Part shown: positions 51,342 through 63,844 of the stretch, piece after piece
Layout: the number at the start of each line of letters is the position of its first letter
How positions within the stretch are numbered: position 1 is the stretch's first letter
Translations under genes and position numbers: made by a program
Notes under the pieces: model-generated
What the model saw: the letters and a program-made list of their open reading frames with translations, nothing else
What the model was told of the DNA's origin: nothing
Databases searched by the model: none
Assembly: GCF_030144855.1 (NCBI RefSeq)
Contig: NC_082712.1
Location: 61,442,001-61,506,000 of the forward strand
DNA length: 64,000 nucleotides
From: Hypanus sabinus
Lineage: Eukaryota
Direction: 5' to 3'

Positions 51342-54129
51342 CAGTGGTTCCCAAAGTGGGTACTATCACCACCTTGGGGGCATTCAGTAGCAAGGAGAGC
51401 AGCTGATGGATTACAGGGTTGTTATAAGCATTTGATCCTCAGTGCCTCATAATTAATTACAATGATTACATAATCACATCTCTTGCTAACTCACCATTCT
51501 TTTAGACTTTGCTCGAAGTGCATTATAGTTGTTGAAAAGCAGTGTGACACTTATGTATTTGGTGTGTCATGGATTGAAGAAATCGTGTCATTTCCGGACC
51601 CTGACCACACATTACTGCCATTCACGACTATAGTACAGTGTTAGGTAGTATGATTCTCATACTCTAATCACAGAGTAATACAACTCCTGCGAATTAGGAT
51701 ATGGCATTCAATGGGATAAAGTTCAGAATCTGCCCTTTCAAATGGTCTTGACCGCATTTCTCTAGCCCACAACCCAACGGAGATAATACTGCCCAACTTT
51801 ATGTGCCTTCAGGTAGACAGTCTGGTTTTACCTGAGTTATGATGACATCATAACTTTCTCCTGTATTAATCGCAGCACTTGAGGTTGGACTTAAAACAGT
51901 AAGTGAATGACTGCGGTCATTTATCCATAACAAAAATAGCAGAGCAAGATCAAACAAATAAAGTGTAGACAGTATAGTGTGGAATATCTGAAATATGGAT
52001 TTATACCAGCATCAAACAACCGACAGCAGCCAATGTGTGTTCTGTGAAAACATTTATCTTCCCCAAATGAGGCAATGAAACCAGCCAGGCTCCTTGAACA
52101 TTTGAGGAGAATACACTCCAATAAGGCAAACCAGAACTCAGCTTACTTTCAGTCACTTTGTGAAAACTTTCAGAAACATAAAACTCTTCAAAGCACGTTT
52201 GTCAGCACTTCACAACGAAGCAGTGATGGTTTGTGTGCTTCATACAACATTTCTTTAGTCATTGCTAAATGGTTCAAGAGTTGGTATTTGCAAGGGGACT
52301 AGAAATAGACATGAAAGGGGAGTCAATATTTCAGGTCGTTGAACAATTTTTCAAAGATAAGTGCATTCTGCCCACCAACATTCTTAGTCCTGCAACAGAT
52401 GGGGCACCATCAATGACAGGATACCACCATGTGGATTATTAGGTTTTTTTTCGGAAAAAGCTGTACCTAACATGTTTACCATTCACTGTGTAAGTGACAG
52501 ACAACATCTTGTAAAAAACCTAAGTGGTCGGCTGACAAAACATTAAATATCATGATCACAGCAGTAAATAAAATCATGTTCTCAATTCTTAATTATTTTG
52601 AGAACTTTGTACTGAGGGAGCAAGTTTGAACACTTGCTCTTGCACAAAGAAGCCAGCTGGCTCTGAAAAGGAAACTGCCTAAGACACTTTTGTATGCCTT
52701 TTGAAACTGTGATAAATCTTTGAAGACTTGAATGCTTCATTCAGTAATCAATTCAAAAATATTAGGCATGATATCACTTATTTGTCAGAATTGTTCACAA
52801 AGTCTAACGAAATAACCTTTAATTGCAAGGAAATTATGTGAATCTTATCAAGGTCAAATCAGTCATCTCTACGTGTAAGTTAATCCTATTTAAGTGCAAC
52901 ATTGGCTGTTGTGACCTTTTCCAATTTTTGAGCCTCTCTGAGTTGGAAGACAAAGAATACCAGATGAGGTTCTTCAAGTATACTGTGCCCACCTGGGTGA
53001 GCTGCAGAAAGGCATGATAAAGAGATCTCTGGATATTCACTCAATCCAAATTCCAGATTGGGTAATAAATCCATTCCTGAACACTTGTAATGAGGAATTA
53101 ACAGAAAGGATGGAGGAAGAATTGATCTCAATGCAAAATGACTAAAGCAGAGGTTCAAAAAAATCATATCAAGACTTTTGGCTGCAGAAAGAACTCACTG
53201 AACATATTCAAGATGTTCTTTATTGCCTTTTCAACATATTTAATGGAACGTGGTTTCAGTGCAGTTGTCCAACTTCTTTCAAAGCAACAAAATTACTAAA
53301 TGTGGGGATGAGGCTCCATGAGTGACATTCAGCCTGATATCACTGTGCAAAGCCCTACCATTTCATTGAAAAGTGAAAAAGCAATGAAGTACTGAATAGT
53401 TGGACCACTAATGTATGCTCTAAAGGCTGATGTACACTTGTGCGTACGGGCTATGCCGCAGCCTACGCTGTAAGCCTGATTTTCACTTCTGCGTAGCTCT
53501 ACGCCATAGCGAGCATGGGTTGGTGTGTGCCAAAACGCTAGTTGGCGGTGGGGTTTCTATGCCACTGTGTTGAGTTTCTTCGTGAGAGACATGGACGAGG
53601 AAATGCATTTCAAACATTTTCACATGTTGGCAGGTAGATTTGACGATTTGGTTAATCTATTTCACATCGGTGTACGCACAGCCTACAAACATGGCGGAGA
53701 AGCAACAACCGGAAATGCATAGGAGGAAATGCATTGCTACCAAGTGGACCAATCACAGTTGTTGCGATTTGCGTCGCAGCGACGCGTGAGTTACTTTTTT
53801 GAGGAGGTGCACGTCACCCTACGGCATAGCGTACACGTTACCTATGGCATAGATGCGACGCACAAGTATAAATCAGCCTTAAAACTGTTGATGAAAATTG
53901 CTTTTACTGTAATTCAATAATTTTATCAGTAGCTTTAAATAGACGAATAAATTTTGCCATTTATTTCCACTGCTTTGAATTTGTAATTGTTCTTCCATTG
54001 TGCATTGTAAATTAGAATTCTTCATAGTTTGTATGTAATGGCTGGAAAGAGTTGGTGGGGGGAGAGACACTGGAGATGTTGTCTGGGAGCCAAGGGGGTG
54101 GTAATCCAAAAAAATTTTGGTAACTACTG
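51342..54129 (+). mobile_element. Degraded hAT (Charlie/Buster-like) DNA transposon
   Basis: TIRs cagtggttcccaaa / tttggtaactactg; transposase remnants KCRQYSVEYLKYGFIP..NEAMKPARLLEHL, ATDGAPSMTG and IHC with many stops. Confidence 0.85.
53424..53879 (+). mobile_element. Non-autonomous PIF/Harbinger element (456 bp) nested in the hAT
   Basis: TAA TSD (53421-53423, 53880-53882); TIR aggctgatgtacacttgtgcgt / acgcacaagtataaatcagcct; internal DEEMHFKHFHMLAGRFDDLV resembles a Harbinger transposase N-terminal motif. Confidence 0.85.
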
Positions 54130-54130
54130 C

Positions 54131-54509
54131 ACTGTAGAATTGCAAGTATTTTAATGTTTATCCATATTCTGCTTTAATTTGGCACTACCGAAGATGTTTG
54201 ACAGCTTACTGGTAGTTCGGAAGGCAAGAGGGTCAACCAAAAATATTACCTCTAACACCCTTTATGAAGCAAATTGTGGTGAATTATCACCACAGACAGT
54301 GAGGAGGCAGGTGGAGATGAGGCTGGTTCAGTGCATGAGCAGTGCTGGGGCACTGTGAGGTGCAACAGGTTCCAGCCGGGGTAGCAGACAGAGTTGGCAT
54401 TGCTGCCGGAGACGGAGTGAGCGATTTGGAGAGGAGTCGTTGCAGAAGAGTTTCAATGACTGTCTACCTAACCCGGGTGCTTCAAGCCCCGAGCCAGTTA
54501 GGTGAGATC
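54131..54509 (+). repeat. 379-bp direct repeat, copy 1
   Basis: Matches 55564-55942 with about 6 substitutions (counted by eye). Confidence 0.92.
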
Positions 54510-55021
54510 GAGATGGTTTCGCAAGCATACCGTGGTGCCCCAGAGCTTGGACAATTTAAACGACAGCACAGATAGACTAGAAGCCCAAGTGTCGGGAACG
54601 GAGGTGAGGGACGAGCTGATTTCGCTTGCTCTCCTGCAAACATTCATTCTTTTTTCACGGCACCGAGACTGTGAACTGATCCGGCTGCTGTTCGTTTTTG
54701 CCCCGCTGGTGCGATGAACTGAGACCAAGGCTTGTCCCTACTCCCAGCTGCTCCAGGAGCAGGTCTGAGGTTCAGTTTGGTTCGGAATGCTGTTGGCTCA
54801 CTTCTATTGTTAATGTGATTTGTGTTTCTCCCCTTCTTTCTCTGCACAGTGTATTTTTGGTCTTTTTTAAAATTGAGTTATTTGCGATTCTTGCTCTGTA
54901 GCTACCTATAAGCCAGCAAATCTCAAGGTGTATAATTTATACATTCTTTGATAATAAATGTGCTTTGAAATTTGCTAATAATTAATAAGTCTGCATAGCA
55001 GCCCTTTATATTGGTACTTAC

Positions 55022-55114
55022 ATTAACGTGGTACTTTATGTAATAATGAACAACCCAAGCAGGAATCAGTAATCGACTCAGAGTCCACCAACCTGCATTG
55101 CATGCCTTGTAAGT
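55022..55114 (-). CDS. NDUFB6: NDUFB6 exon 2 (TM helix)
   Basis: ttcag|ACT...AAT|gtaagt; 93 nt; TYKACNAGWWTLSRLLIPAWVVHYYIKYHVN. Confidence 0.95.
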
Positions 55115-55563
55115 CTGAAACATAGAAAAATAGTATGTAAGCATACACAAACATGAGGGGTATAGAAGAATTCAGAAAGATTTCATTCAAAACCACCATT
55201 GAAAGATGCCATTCCAGAACCTGACTGGAACCTACACAGTACATTGGACATAATGTTTCAGCAATTTAACAATCAAATCCATCCATTAGACACAGTGCAT
55301 TTTCTTGGTTTATGCCTCACTTGGCTTAATAGGTGAATGATGTAGATAAAGAAGGGAATTTTTTCCAGTATGATATTGATCTGAAAATCCTAGACTTTCT
55401 CAGCAATCAGTCTTTCTGTTTTATGGTGCCTTTCACACTGAAACTGTTCTAATAGCCGTATCCATGAGCTCCTCTGAATCCTCTACTGGAGCCCTGGTCA
55501 CCAGATCATCCTTGAGTTGGTCATTTAATCCCCATTGAAACAGGGCAGCACTGAAACTGATTT

Positions 55564-55942
55564 ACTGTAGAATTGCAAGTATTTTAATGTTTATCCATAT
55601 TCTGCTTTAATTTGGCACTACCGAAGATGTTTGACAGCTTACTGGTAGTTCGGAAGGCAAGAGGTTCAACTAAAAATATTACCTCTAACACCCTTTATGA
55701 AGCAAATTGTGGTGAATTATCACCACAGACAGTGAGGAGGCAGGCGGAGATGAGGCTGGTTCAGTGCATGAGCAGTGCTGGGGCATTGTGAGGTGCAACA
55801 GGTTCCAGCCAGGGTAGCAGACAGAGTTGGCATTGCTGCCGGAGACGGAGTGAGCGATTTGGAGAGGAGTCGTTGCAGAAGAGTTTCAATGACCGTCTAC
55901 CTAACCCGGGTGCTTCAAGCCCCGAGCCAGTTAGGTGAGATC
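55564..55942 (+). repeat. 379-bp direct repeat, copy 2
   Basis: Matches 54131-54509. Confidence 0.92.
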
Positions 55943-56512
55943 AAGATACTTGCTGATGTGAAATTCTACTTGTAATCCTTTGGCAAACAAAGGAGGTCAC
56001 ACCTGTATGCAGCAAGACCTTAATGATATTCAGACACAGGCTGATAAATAGCAAGTGACAGTTGTTTTCACATTAGTGCCAAGCAATCACCTTGTCCAAC
56101 ATGAATGTATCTAACAAACCACCTTGACACTGGATGACATTACCACTGGAGTTCTTCTTCATCAACATATTGATCAGCAAGAAGCTCAGTTAGACCAGCC
56201 ACATAAACATTGTGACTACACGAGTTCAGACGCTATGGTAAGTGAAACACCTCCTGACACCCACAAAGCTCTTCTACCCCCTACAATTCAAAATCATGAT
56301 AGAAATCTCCCTACTGGCCTGGTCGCATACACTCTACAATACTCGAGAAACTCACATCATTCAGGTTAAACAGACTGCTTCATTGATACCATGTCCACTA
56401 CTAACGCAATGTGCAATATCATCTCTAAAGAGGACAAGAGCAGCTGGTGCATTGGAACACAACTACTGCTATGACCCCCTCCAAGTTGTACATTATCCAA
56501 CTTGTAAATACA

Positions 56513-59500
56513 CATTGTCTTGAAAAAGTATTTAGCCCCCACAACTACTTTCACATTATACTGTCTCATTTCTAAGTTTAAAATATATTGAAGCAAGATT
56601 TTTTGAGCTAATCAAGAAAACATTGTGCATGACAAATCAAAAGAAAAATTCCAACATCTGTCAACAATTTACTAAAAATTAAAAACCAAAAAGGTTTAAA
56701 AAGGGTTCTAGAAGTAAACCTAGCAATTATAGACCTGTCAGTTTGACATCAGTGGCGGGTAAATTAATGGAAAGTATTCTTAGAGATAGAATTAATAATT
56801 ATCTGGATAGACAAGATCTGATTAGGAGTTCCCAGCATGGATTTGTGCGTGGAAGGTCATGTTTGACAAACCTTATTGAATTTTTTGAAGAAGTTACTAG
56901 GAATGTTGACGAGGGTAAGGCAGTGGATGTAGTCTATATGGACTTCAGCAAAGCCTTTGACAAAGTTCTACATGGAAGGTTAGTTAAGAAGGTTCAGTTG
57001 TTAGGTATTAATGCTGGAGTAATAAAATGGATTCAACAGTGGCTAGATGGGAGATGCCAGAGAGTAGTGGTGGATAATTGTTTATCGGGATGGAGGCTGG
57101 TGACTAGCGGGGAGCCTCAGGGATCTGTTTTGGGCCCAATGTTGTTTGTAATATACATAAATGATCTGGATGATGGGGTGGTAAATTGGATTAGTAAGTA
57201 TGCCGATGATACTAAGGTAGGAGGTGTTGTGGATAATGAGGTGGGTTTTCAAAGCTTGCAGGGAGATTTATGCCGGTTAGAAGAATGGGCTGAACGTTGG
57301 CAGATGGAGTTTAATGCTGAGAAGTGTGAGGTTCTACATTTTGGCAGGAATAATCCAAATAGAACTTACAGGGTAAATGGTAGGGCATTGAGGAATGCAG
57401 AGGAACAGAGAGATCTAGGAATAACAGTGCATAGTTCCCTGAAGGTGGAGTCTCATGTAGATAGGGTGGTGAAGAAGGCTTTTGGAACGCTGGCCTTTAT
57501 AAATCAAAGCATTGAGTACAGAAGTTGGGATGTAATGTTAAAATTGTACAAGGCATTGGTAAGGCCAAATTTAGAATATTGTGTGCAGTTCTGGTCACCC
57601 AATTATAGGAAAGATATCAATAAATTAGAGAGAGTGCAGAGACGATTTACTAGGATGTTACCTGGGTTTCAGCACTTAAGTTACAGAGAAAGGTTGAACA
57701 AGTTAGGTCTCTATTCATTGGAGCGTAGAAGGTTGAGGGGGGATTTGATCGAGGTATTTAAAATTTTGAGAGGGATAGATAGAGTTGACGTGAATAGGCT
57801 GTTTCCATTGAGAGTAGGGGAGATTCAAACGAGAGGACATGATTTGAGAGTTAGGGGGGGCAGAAGTTTTAGGGAAACACGAGGGGGTATTTCTTTACTC
57901 AGAGAGTGATAGCTGTGTGGAATGAGCTTCCTGTAGAAGTAGTAGAGGCCAGTTCAGTTGTGTCATTTAAGGTAAAATTGGATAGGTATATGGACAGGAA
58001 AGGAGTGCAGGGTTATGGGCTGAGTGCGGGTAGGTGGGACTAGGTGAGATTAAGAGTTCGGCACGGACTAGGAGGGCCGAGATGGCCTGTTTCCGTGCTG
58101 TGATTGTTATATGGTTATATAAAATTACGAGGCTGAAGAAGTATCCATTGCTTCTGTAATTTCTGTGCTAACTTTCCTCTGGTGCAATACCGAACATCAC
58201 CTTACCAACCTGATCGACGTCAAAAATTAGAGTATCACCTGTTTTCAATGAATTCATAGGAATACATAACCCCTCTCTGTAAGGTCCAACAGTATGGTAG
58301 ATTTTCAACAGACCAAACCAAAGTGAAGACAAAAGAGCATTCTAGGCAAGTCAGGGAAATGATAAGAGAGCAGCACAAATCTGGGGAAGGGTAAAGACCA
58401 TCTCAAAGGCACTGACTACATCTCAGAGCTCGGTACAGTCCATCATGTTAAAGTAGAAAAAGCATGAAACCACAGGAATACTGCGTAGGTCAGACTGTCC
58501 CTCTAAACTTAGTCACCAGAGAAAAATAACACTTGTAAGAGCAGCTACTGTGATGTCAACAGTCACTCTGGGTGAGCTGCAGAAGTCAGTGGCTGCAACT
58601 GGAGATGAGGTTCATGGCTCCACAATCTAAAGCCTTGTGCAGAAAAGGTATTTATGAAAAAGTGGCAAGGAAGAAGCTCTTGCAAAAAAAAAGCATTTCC
58701 TTGGCCATAATGACTTTGCAGTGTGTCACACAGAAGATACTGTAAAGGTGTGGACGAAGGCCTTGTGGTCAGATGAGACTAAAGTGGAACTTCTTGTCCT
58801 CAACATTAAGCAGTACATGTGTTATAAACCTAATACTGTGCATCAGCCAGGTAACACCATCCCTACTGTAAAGTATGGTGGAGGTAGCATCATGCTCTGA
58901 GATGCTTTTCAGTAGCAGGGACTGGAAGTCCAGTCAGGATTGATGTGAAGATAAATACAGAGAGATCCTGGATAAAAACCTGCTAGGCTCTGCCAGATAG
59001 CCCAAATTGGGGAGGACAATGACCAAAAGCACACTGCCAGAGCAACCATGGTGTGGCTTCAAATGAAGAAAATTGATATCCTTGAGTGACCCAGTCATTA
59101 ACCCAATAGAACATTTCTGTCTATACCTCAAGACTGCTGTCCACTCTCACTCCCCATCTAACCTGGCACAGGTTGAGCAATTTTGCAAGGAGGAACGTTC
59201 AAATCTTGCTCCATGAATTTCTGCAAAGCTAACAGACACTTATAAAAAAAGACTATTGGCTGCAATAGCTGTGAGAGGTGGTTCAGCTAAGTACTGAGCA
59301 AAGGGGGGGGGGGGGTGGTGGGGGTGAATACCTTGAACTGCTGACATTCCAGTTTTTGAATGTTTAGTTTTTCAAGCTTTACAATTTTCCCTTTTTTAGA
59401 TTCTACTGTGAAAAAGCATGCAATTCACAAATAAAAACTGTCAGTTAAATTGATCTAACCTCTGGTTCTAATAGTCATTTATTTGAACAAAGTGCTGGGG

Positions 59501-59531
59501 GGAGGGGGTTGAATACTTTTACAAGGCACCC
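56513..59531 (+). mobile_element. Degraded Tc1-like transposon, interrupted by a CR1
   Basis: Ends cattgtcttgaaaaagtatttagcccc / ggggttgaatacttttacaaggcac; transposase remnants KTKEHSRQVRE..HKSGEG, LWSDETKVEL and PTVKYGGGSIML. Confidence 0.8.
56692..58118 (+). mobile_element. Young 5'-truncated CR1 LINE (RT plus 3' tail)
   Basis: Uninterrupted 388-aa ORF 56743-57909 (QGSVLGP, KYADD), a frameshift at a G-run near 57855, and a gttatatggttatat tail. Confidence 0.92.
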
Positions 59532-59877
59532 TTCACCCTTCCTTCATCATCTCTGTGTCTGCAGCATGGAAAATCCTATCCAAAAGTAGCATGGGAGTAC
59601 TTTCACTCAAAGGACTCAAGTTCATGAAAGTGGCCCCTCACTGCTATGTTGAGAGTATTTAATGATAGATATAGTCACAAACTACCTTTACGCTGAGGTG
59701 TGTTAAAAAATTATAAGTTCAGCCTTCTACATACACCAATAAATTGAAATTGCTTAGTCCCCTGGGCACAGTCATAGAACATCACAGCACAGAAACATGC
59801 CCTTTGGTTTATCTAATCTGTGCCGAATTATTAATCTGCCTAAACCCATCGACCTGCATCCAGACAATAACCCTCTA

Positions 59878-60445
59878 CAGGTGGACCCCGTGTTTTGAAT
59901 GTTCGATTTACATTAACTCGCTGTTACGAAAGACCTACGTTAGTTACCCGTTTTCACTAACCAAAGAGGATTTTTGCTTTTACGAATAAAAGACTCCCAT
60001 GTTTACCCCGGGAAAGACTACAATGACCGTGAAGCCTTGTGCCGGCAGTTGTTTGCGCATGCGTGTACGTGCATACGCATGTACGTATCTATGTGTGTAC
60101 GTGCATAGGCGTGTATGTGCACATGCGTGTCGGTGCCGATTTTTTTTCTCCAAATTGATTTTGGCTCGCTGTCTTCCCGAGTTTGATAAGTGAAACTACA
60201 CCGTATCTGCAATATTTCTACTTCATATAGGGTGTGTATTTATCATATCATTCCTGCTTTTACTATATGTTAGTATTATTTTAGATTTTGTGTGTTATTT
60301 GATTTGGTAGGTTATTTTTTGGGTCTGGGAATGCTCAAAAAATTTTCCATATAAATTAATGGTAATTGCTTCTTCGATTTACACCATTTCGGCTTTTGAA
60401 TGGTTTCATAGGAACACTCTACCTTCGAATAGCGGGGGAAACCTG
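59878..60445. mobile_element. Tigger/pogo-like non-autonomous element (568 bp) inside a CR1 3' tail
   Basis: TA|caggtggaccccg...cgggggaaacctg|TA; the flanks rejoin as ataaccctcTAtacccttcctatcc. Confidence 0.82.
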
Positions 60446-60614
60446 TATACCCTTCCTATCCATCTAATTATCCAAATTTCTCTTAAATGCTGACATCAAA
60501 CCTGCATCCACCACCTTCTGAGTGGAAAAAGTATCATTTTCCCCTTAAACATTTCACCTTTCACCTCTAACCATGCCCTTTGGTTCTAGTCTCACCCAAC
60601 CTTGGTGGAAAAGT

Positions 60615-63110
60615 CCATTCAGAAATCAGATGGCAGAGGGGAAGAAGCAGTTTCTGACATGTTCAGCATTTGTCTTAAGGCTCTGGTACCTCCTGCTTGA
60701 TGGTAGCAAGGAGAAGAGGACATGTCCTGGGTGATGGGGGGTCCTTAGTGATGGATGCCACTTTTTTGAGGCATCGCCTTTTGAAGGTGTCCTGGATCTA
60801 GGGAATGCCCATGAAGGAGCTGTCTGTGTTTACAACTTTCTCCAACGCTGTACAGAGGCCCCTCCATACCACACTGTGATGTAACCAGTTAGAATGCTCT
60901 TCACAGTACATCTGTAGAAACTTGCAAGTGTCTTTGATGACGTTCCAAGTCCCCTCAAACTCTAATGAAATATAGCCGCTGTCAAGCTTTCTTTGTAATT
61001 GCATTAATATGTTGGGCCCCAGACAAATCTTCAGAAACATTGACATTCAGGAACTTGAAACTGTTCATCCTTTTCGCTGCTGACCCCTCGATGAGGACTG
61101 GTGTGTGTTCACTTCACTTCCCCTTCCTGAAGTCCACAATCAATTCCTTGGTCTTAATGACATTGAGTGCAAGGTTGTTGCTGTGACACCACTCAACCAG
61201 CTGATCTACCTCGCTCCTGTACACCTCCTCATCACCATTTGAAACTCGGTTAACAACAGTTGTGTTGTCAGCAAATTTATAGATAGTGTTTGAGCTGTGC
61301 TGACCACACAGTTATCCGGTGTACAGCGAGTACAGAGGAGTGTTAAGCATACCTTCTTGAAATGTATCAGTGTTGATTGTAGGCAGGGAGGAGATATTAT
61401 TTCCGATCCTCAAAGACGGTGGTCTCCCACTGAAGAATTCAAGGATCCAGTTCTGGAGGAAGGTACAGAGGCCGAGGTTTTGGAGCTTGTTGATTAGAAT
61501 TGATGGTATGATTGTATTGAATGCTGAGCTGTAATCAATAAACAGCAGCCTGATGCAGGTACCACTGTTGTCCAAGTGATTCAATGCTGAGCGGAGAGCC
61601 AGTGAGATTGCATCCACTGTAGATTCTTTGTGGTGATAGGCAAATTGCAGTGGATTCAGGTCCTTGATATGTCAGGAGTTGACTCTAGCCATGACCAATT
61701 TCTCAGAGCACTTCATCACAGTAGATGTGAGTGCCACTGGGTGATGGCTGTTGAGGCAGCTCACCCTGCTCTCCCTGGGCACTGGTATGGTTGTCATCCT
61801 TTTAAAGCAGGTGGGAACCTCTGACTGCAACAAGGAGAGATTGAAAATGTCCTTGGACACTCCTGCCAGTTGAATGGCATGGGCTTTTAGAGGCTACGAG
61901 GTACAGCATCAGGACCTGACGCCTTGTGATTACTGAAAGATGTTGTGATGTCTGCCCCTGAGACAGAGATCATAGGGTCACCAGATGCTGCAGAAATTCC
62001 CACAGATGTAGTTCTAATCTCTCTTTCAAAGTGTGAGAGGCATTGAACTCATGTGGGAGTGAAGCATCACAGCCATTCATGATGTTAGGTTTCGCTCTGT
62101 GGGAAGTAATGGCCTGCAAACCCTGCCAGAGCAGACGTGCAACCAATTCTATCTCCAACCTCAATCAGAATTGTTTCTTCGTTCTTATAATAGCCTTTCA
62201 TATGTTGTACTTGGACTTCTTGTATAACTCTGGATTACTGTTCTTGAAATAACACAGATCTAGCCCTCAGCGCAGACTACGAATCTCCTGGTTCTTCCAC
62301 GGATTTTGTTTCAGCATGTCCAGTATGTCAAAGGCACACACTCATCCATGCAGAGCTGGATGAAGTCAGTGACAACTGTGGCGCATTCATTCAATTTCTA
62401 AAATGAATCCCTGAATGATGCCCACTCCACCCACTGAAAGCAATACAGTAAACCTCTCCTGACCATACCTTCTTGGTCCTCATTCTGGTGCTGTGATCTT
62501 TAGTCTCTGCCTGTAAGCTGGGAGTACAAGTACAATCAGGTGATCGGACTTCCCAAAGTGTGGGCGTAGGATGGCTCGGTTAAGTGTTCTTGACGGTGAT
62601 AGTAACAGTGGTCAGTTGTGTTTGGTTCTACAGGTGAAATGTTGGTGGAAGTTGTTCAGGGACTTCTTCAAGCTGGGTTGGTTGAAATCCCTTGTAATGA
62701 AAGGTAAGGCATCAGGATGCACTATTTCACAACTGCTGACTACAGTGCAAAGCTCTTTCAGAGCCTGTCTGAGCTGGAACACGCCAGGACGATGGTGGAA
62801 AATTCCCTCAGCAGATAAAAGGATGATATTTGACTTCTAAGCGTTCCAGATTGGGTGAGCAGGACAGCCACATCTGTGCACCACAATGAGTTAACCATAA
62901 ACCATACTCCACCTCCTCTACCTTTAAAAAAGGGAGCTGATCCCCTTTGCAGAGGATGGTGAAGCCATTGAGCTGCATCCAAAATGGCGACTGTGAGTCG
63001 CATTTCCATGATGACAGATTCTTGAGGTAAAGTGTAACAAGGGGTATGGAAATTGGAAGATCAGCAAAGATCTTTTTCAATGTCCGAGTAGGTTCCAAGG
63101 TTGTATTCAT
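60615..63110 (-). mobile_element. Degraded Rex1/Babar LINE
   Basis: [38 protein letters not shown]; DIFNLSLLQSEVPTCFK..PVALTSTVMKC; GRGGGVWFMVNSLWC. Confidence 0.85.
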
Positions 63111-63512
63111 GCCGCTGACTTATCTACTTATAAAGTAGTCACCAGATCAAATGTGCAAAGAATGTAAGTTTTGACATTTGGTTAAGTGAGCCGAATGTAC
63201 ATTCTTTGAACATTCATCCACCTGGGCCAGGAAGAGAATTAAAGATATTTGAGCCCGGTCACCCTTGGGCCAACTTTGTATGAAAGACATAAACAGTTAG
63301 AAGTCGCAATGCAGACTCGGGGGTGTTGAGGTGCAGTTCGGGGAGGGGGCGCAACACAGTTTGAGCGTGGATGGGGGTATCAGTGCAATCCGAGAATAGA
63401 TGGGGGGGGGGGGGGGGAAGAGGTCGCGATTTATGGGATGCAAGTGGCTAGTTGTCTGTCAGTTCAGAGTGACGGGTCCTGCTCCCCACCCCCGTTACCA
63501 TCGGACACTCAC

Positions 63513-63695
63513 ATAAATCCGCCAGAGACTACGCGGCTGCAAGAAGCTCTCCCAGAACCTGACCACAGGCCCTTTGCTGTCGTGGGGAAGGACGGGTTCC
63601 CGGGGGCTCAGCTCCTGATCCTTTAGCCATTGGCGCCGCAACTTCACCAGTTGCTCGTATCGCGCCTTCTCGTCCGGCGTGTAACCCAGCGGCAT
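63513..63695 (-). CDS. NDUFB6: NDUFB6 exon 1
   Basis: aagATG...TAT|gtgagt; 61 codons. [37 protein letters not shown] versus human [36 protein letters not shown]. Confidence 0.97.
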
Positions 63696-63825
63696 CTTCG
63701 CCACTTCCCGAAGCCGCAGCAGCGAACACCCCGAGGTCACCGGGACAGCGCGACCGCTCACCGTGGGCGCCAGCTGATGACGTCACGGCAGGGCTCGGGC
63801 ACCCTGCTGCCCCCTGGCGACCAGG
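63696..63825 (-). promoter_or_regulatory. NDUFB6 CpG-rich 5' UTR/promoter with a palindromic CRE
   Basis: TGACGTCA at 63778-63785; AGGTCA half-site near 63734-63739. Confidence 0.6.
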
Positions 63826-63844
63826 AGGAAAACAGAGCGCTCTC

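Noticed and set aside
51900-53370. Domesticated ZBED/SCAND3-like gene
   Set aside because: Multiple stops, frameshifts and an internal deletion, with TIRs still present; a dead transposon.
54131-55942. LTR retroelement bounded by the 379-bp repeats
   Set aside because: No TG...CA ends, PBS, PPT or TSD; the interior is a host exon.
63495-63761. 88-aa ORF as the NDUFB6 exon
   Set aside because: Homology starts at ATG 63695 and ends at the donor at 63513; the extensions are UTR and intron.
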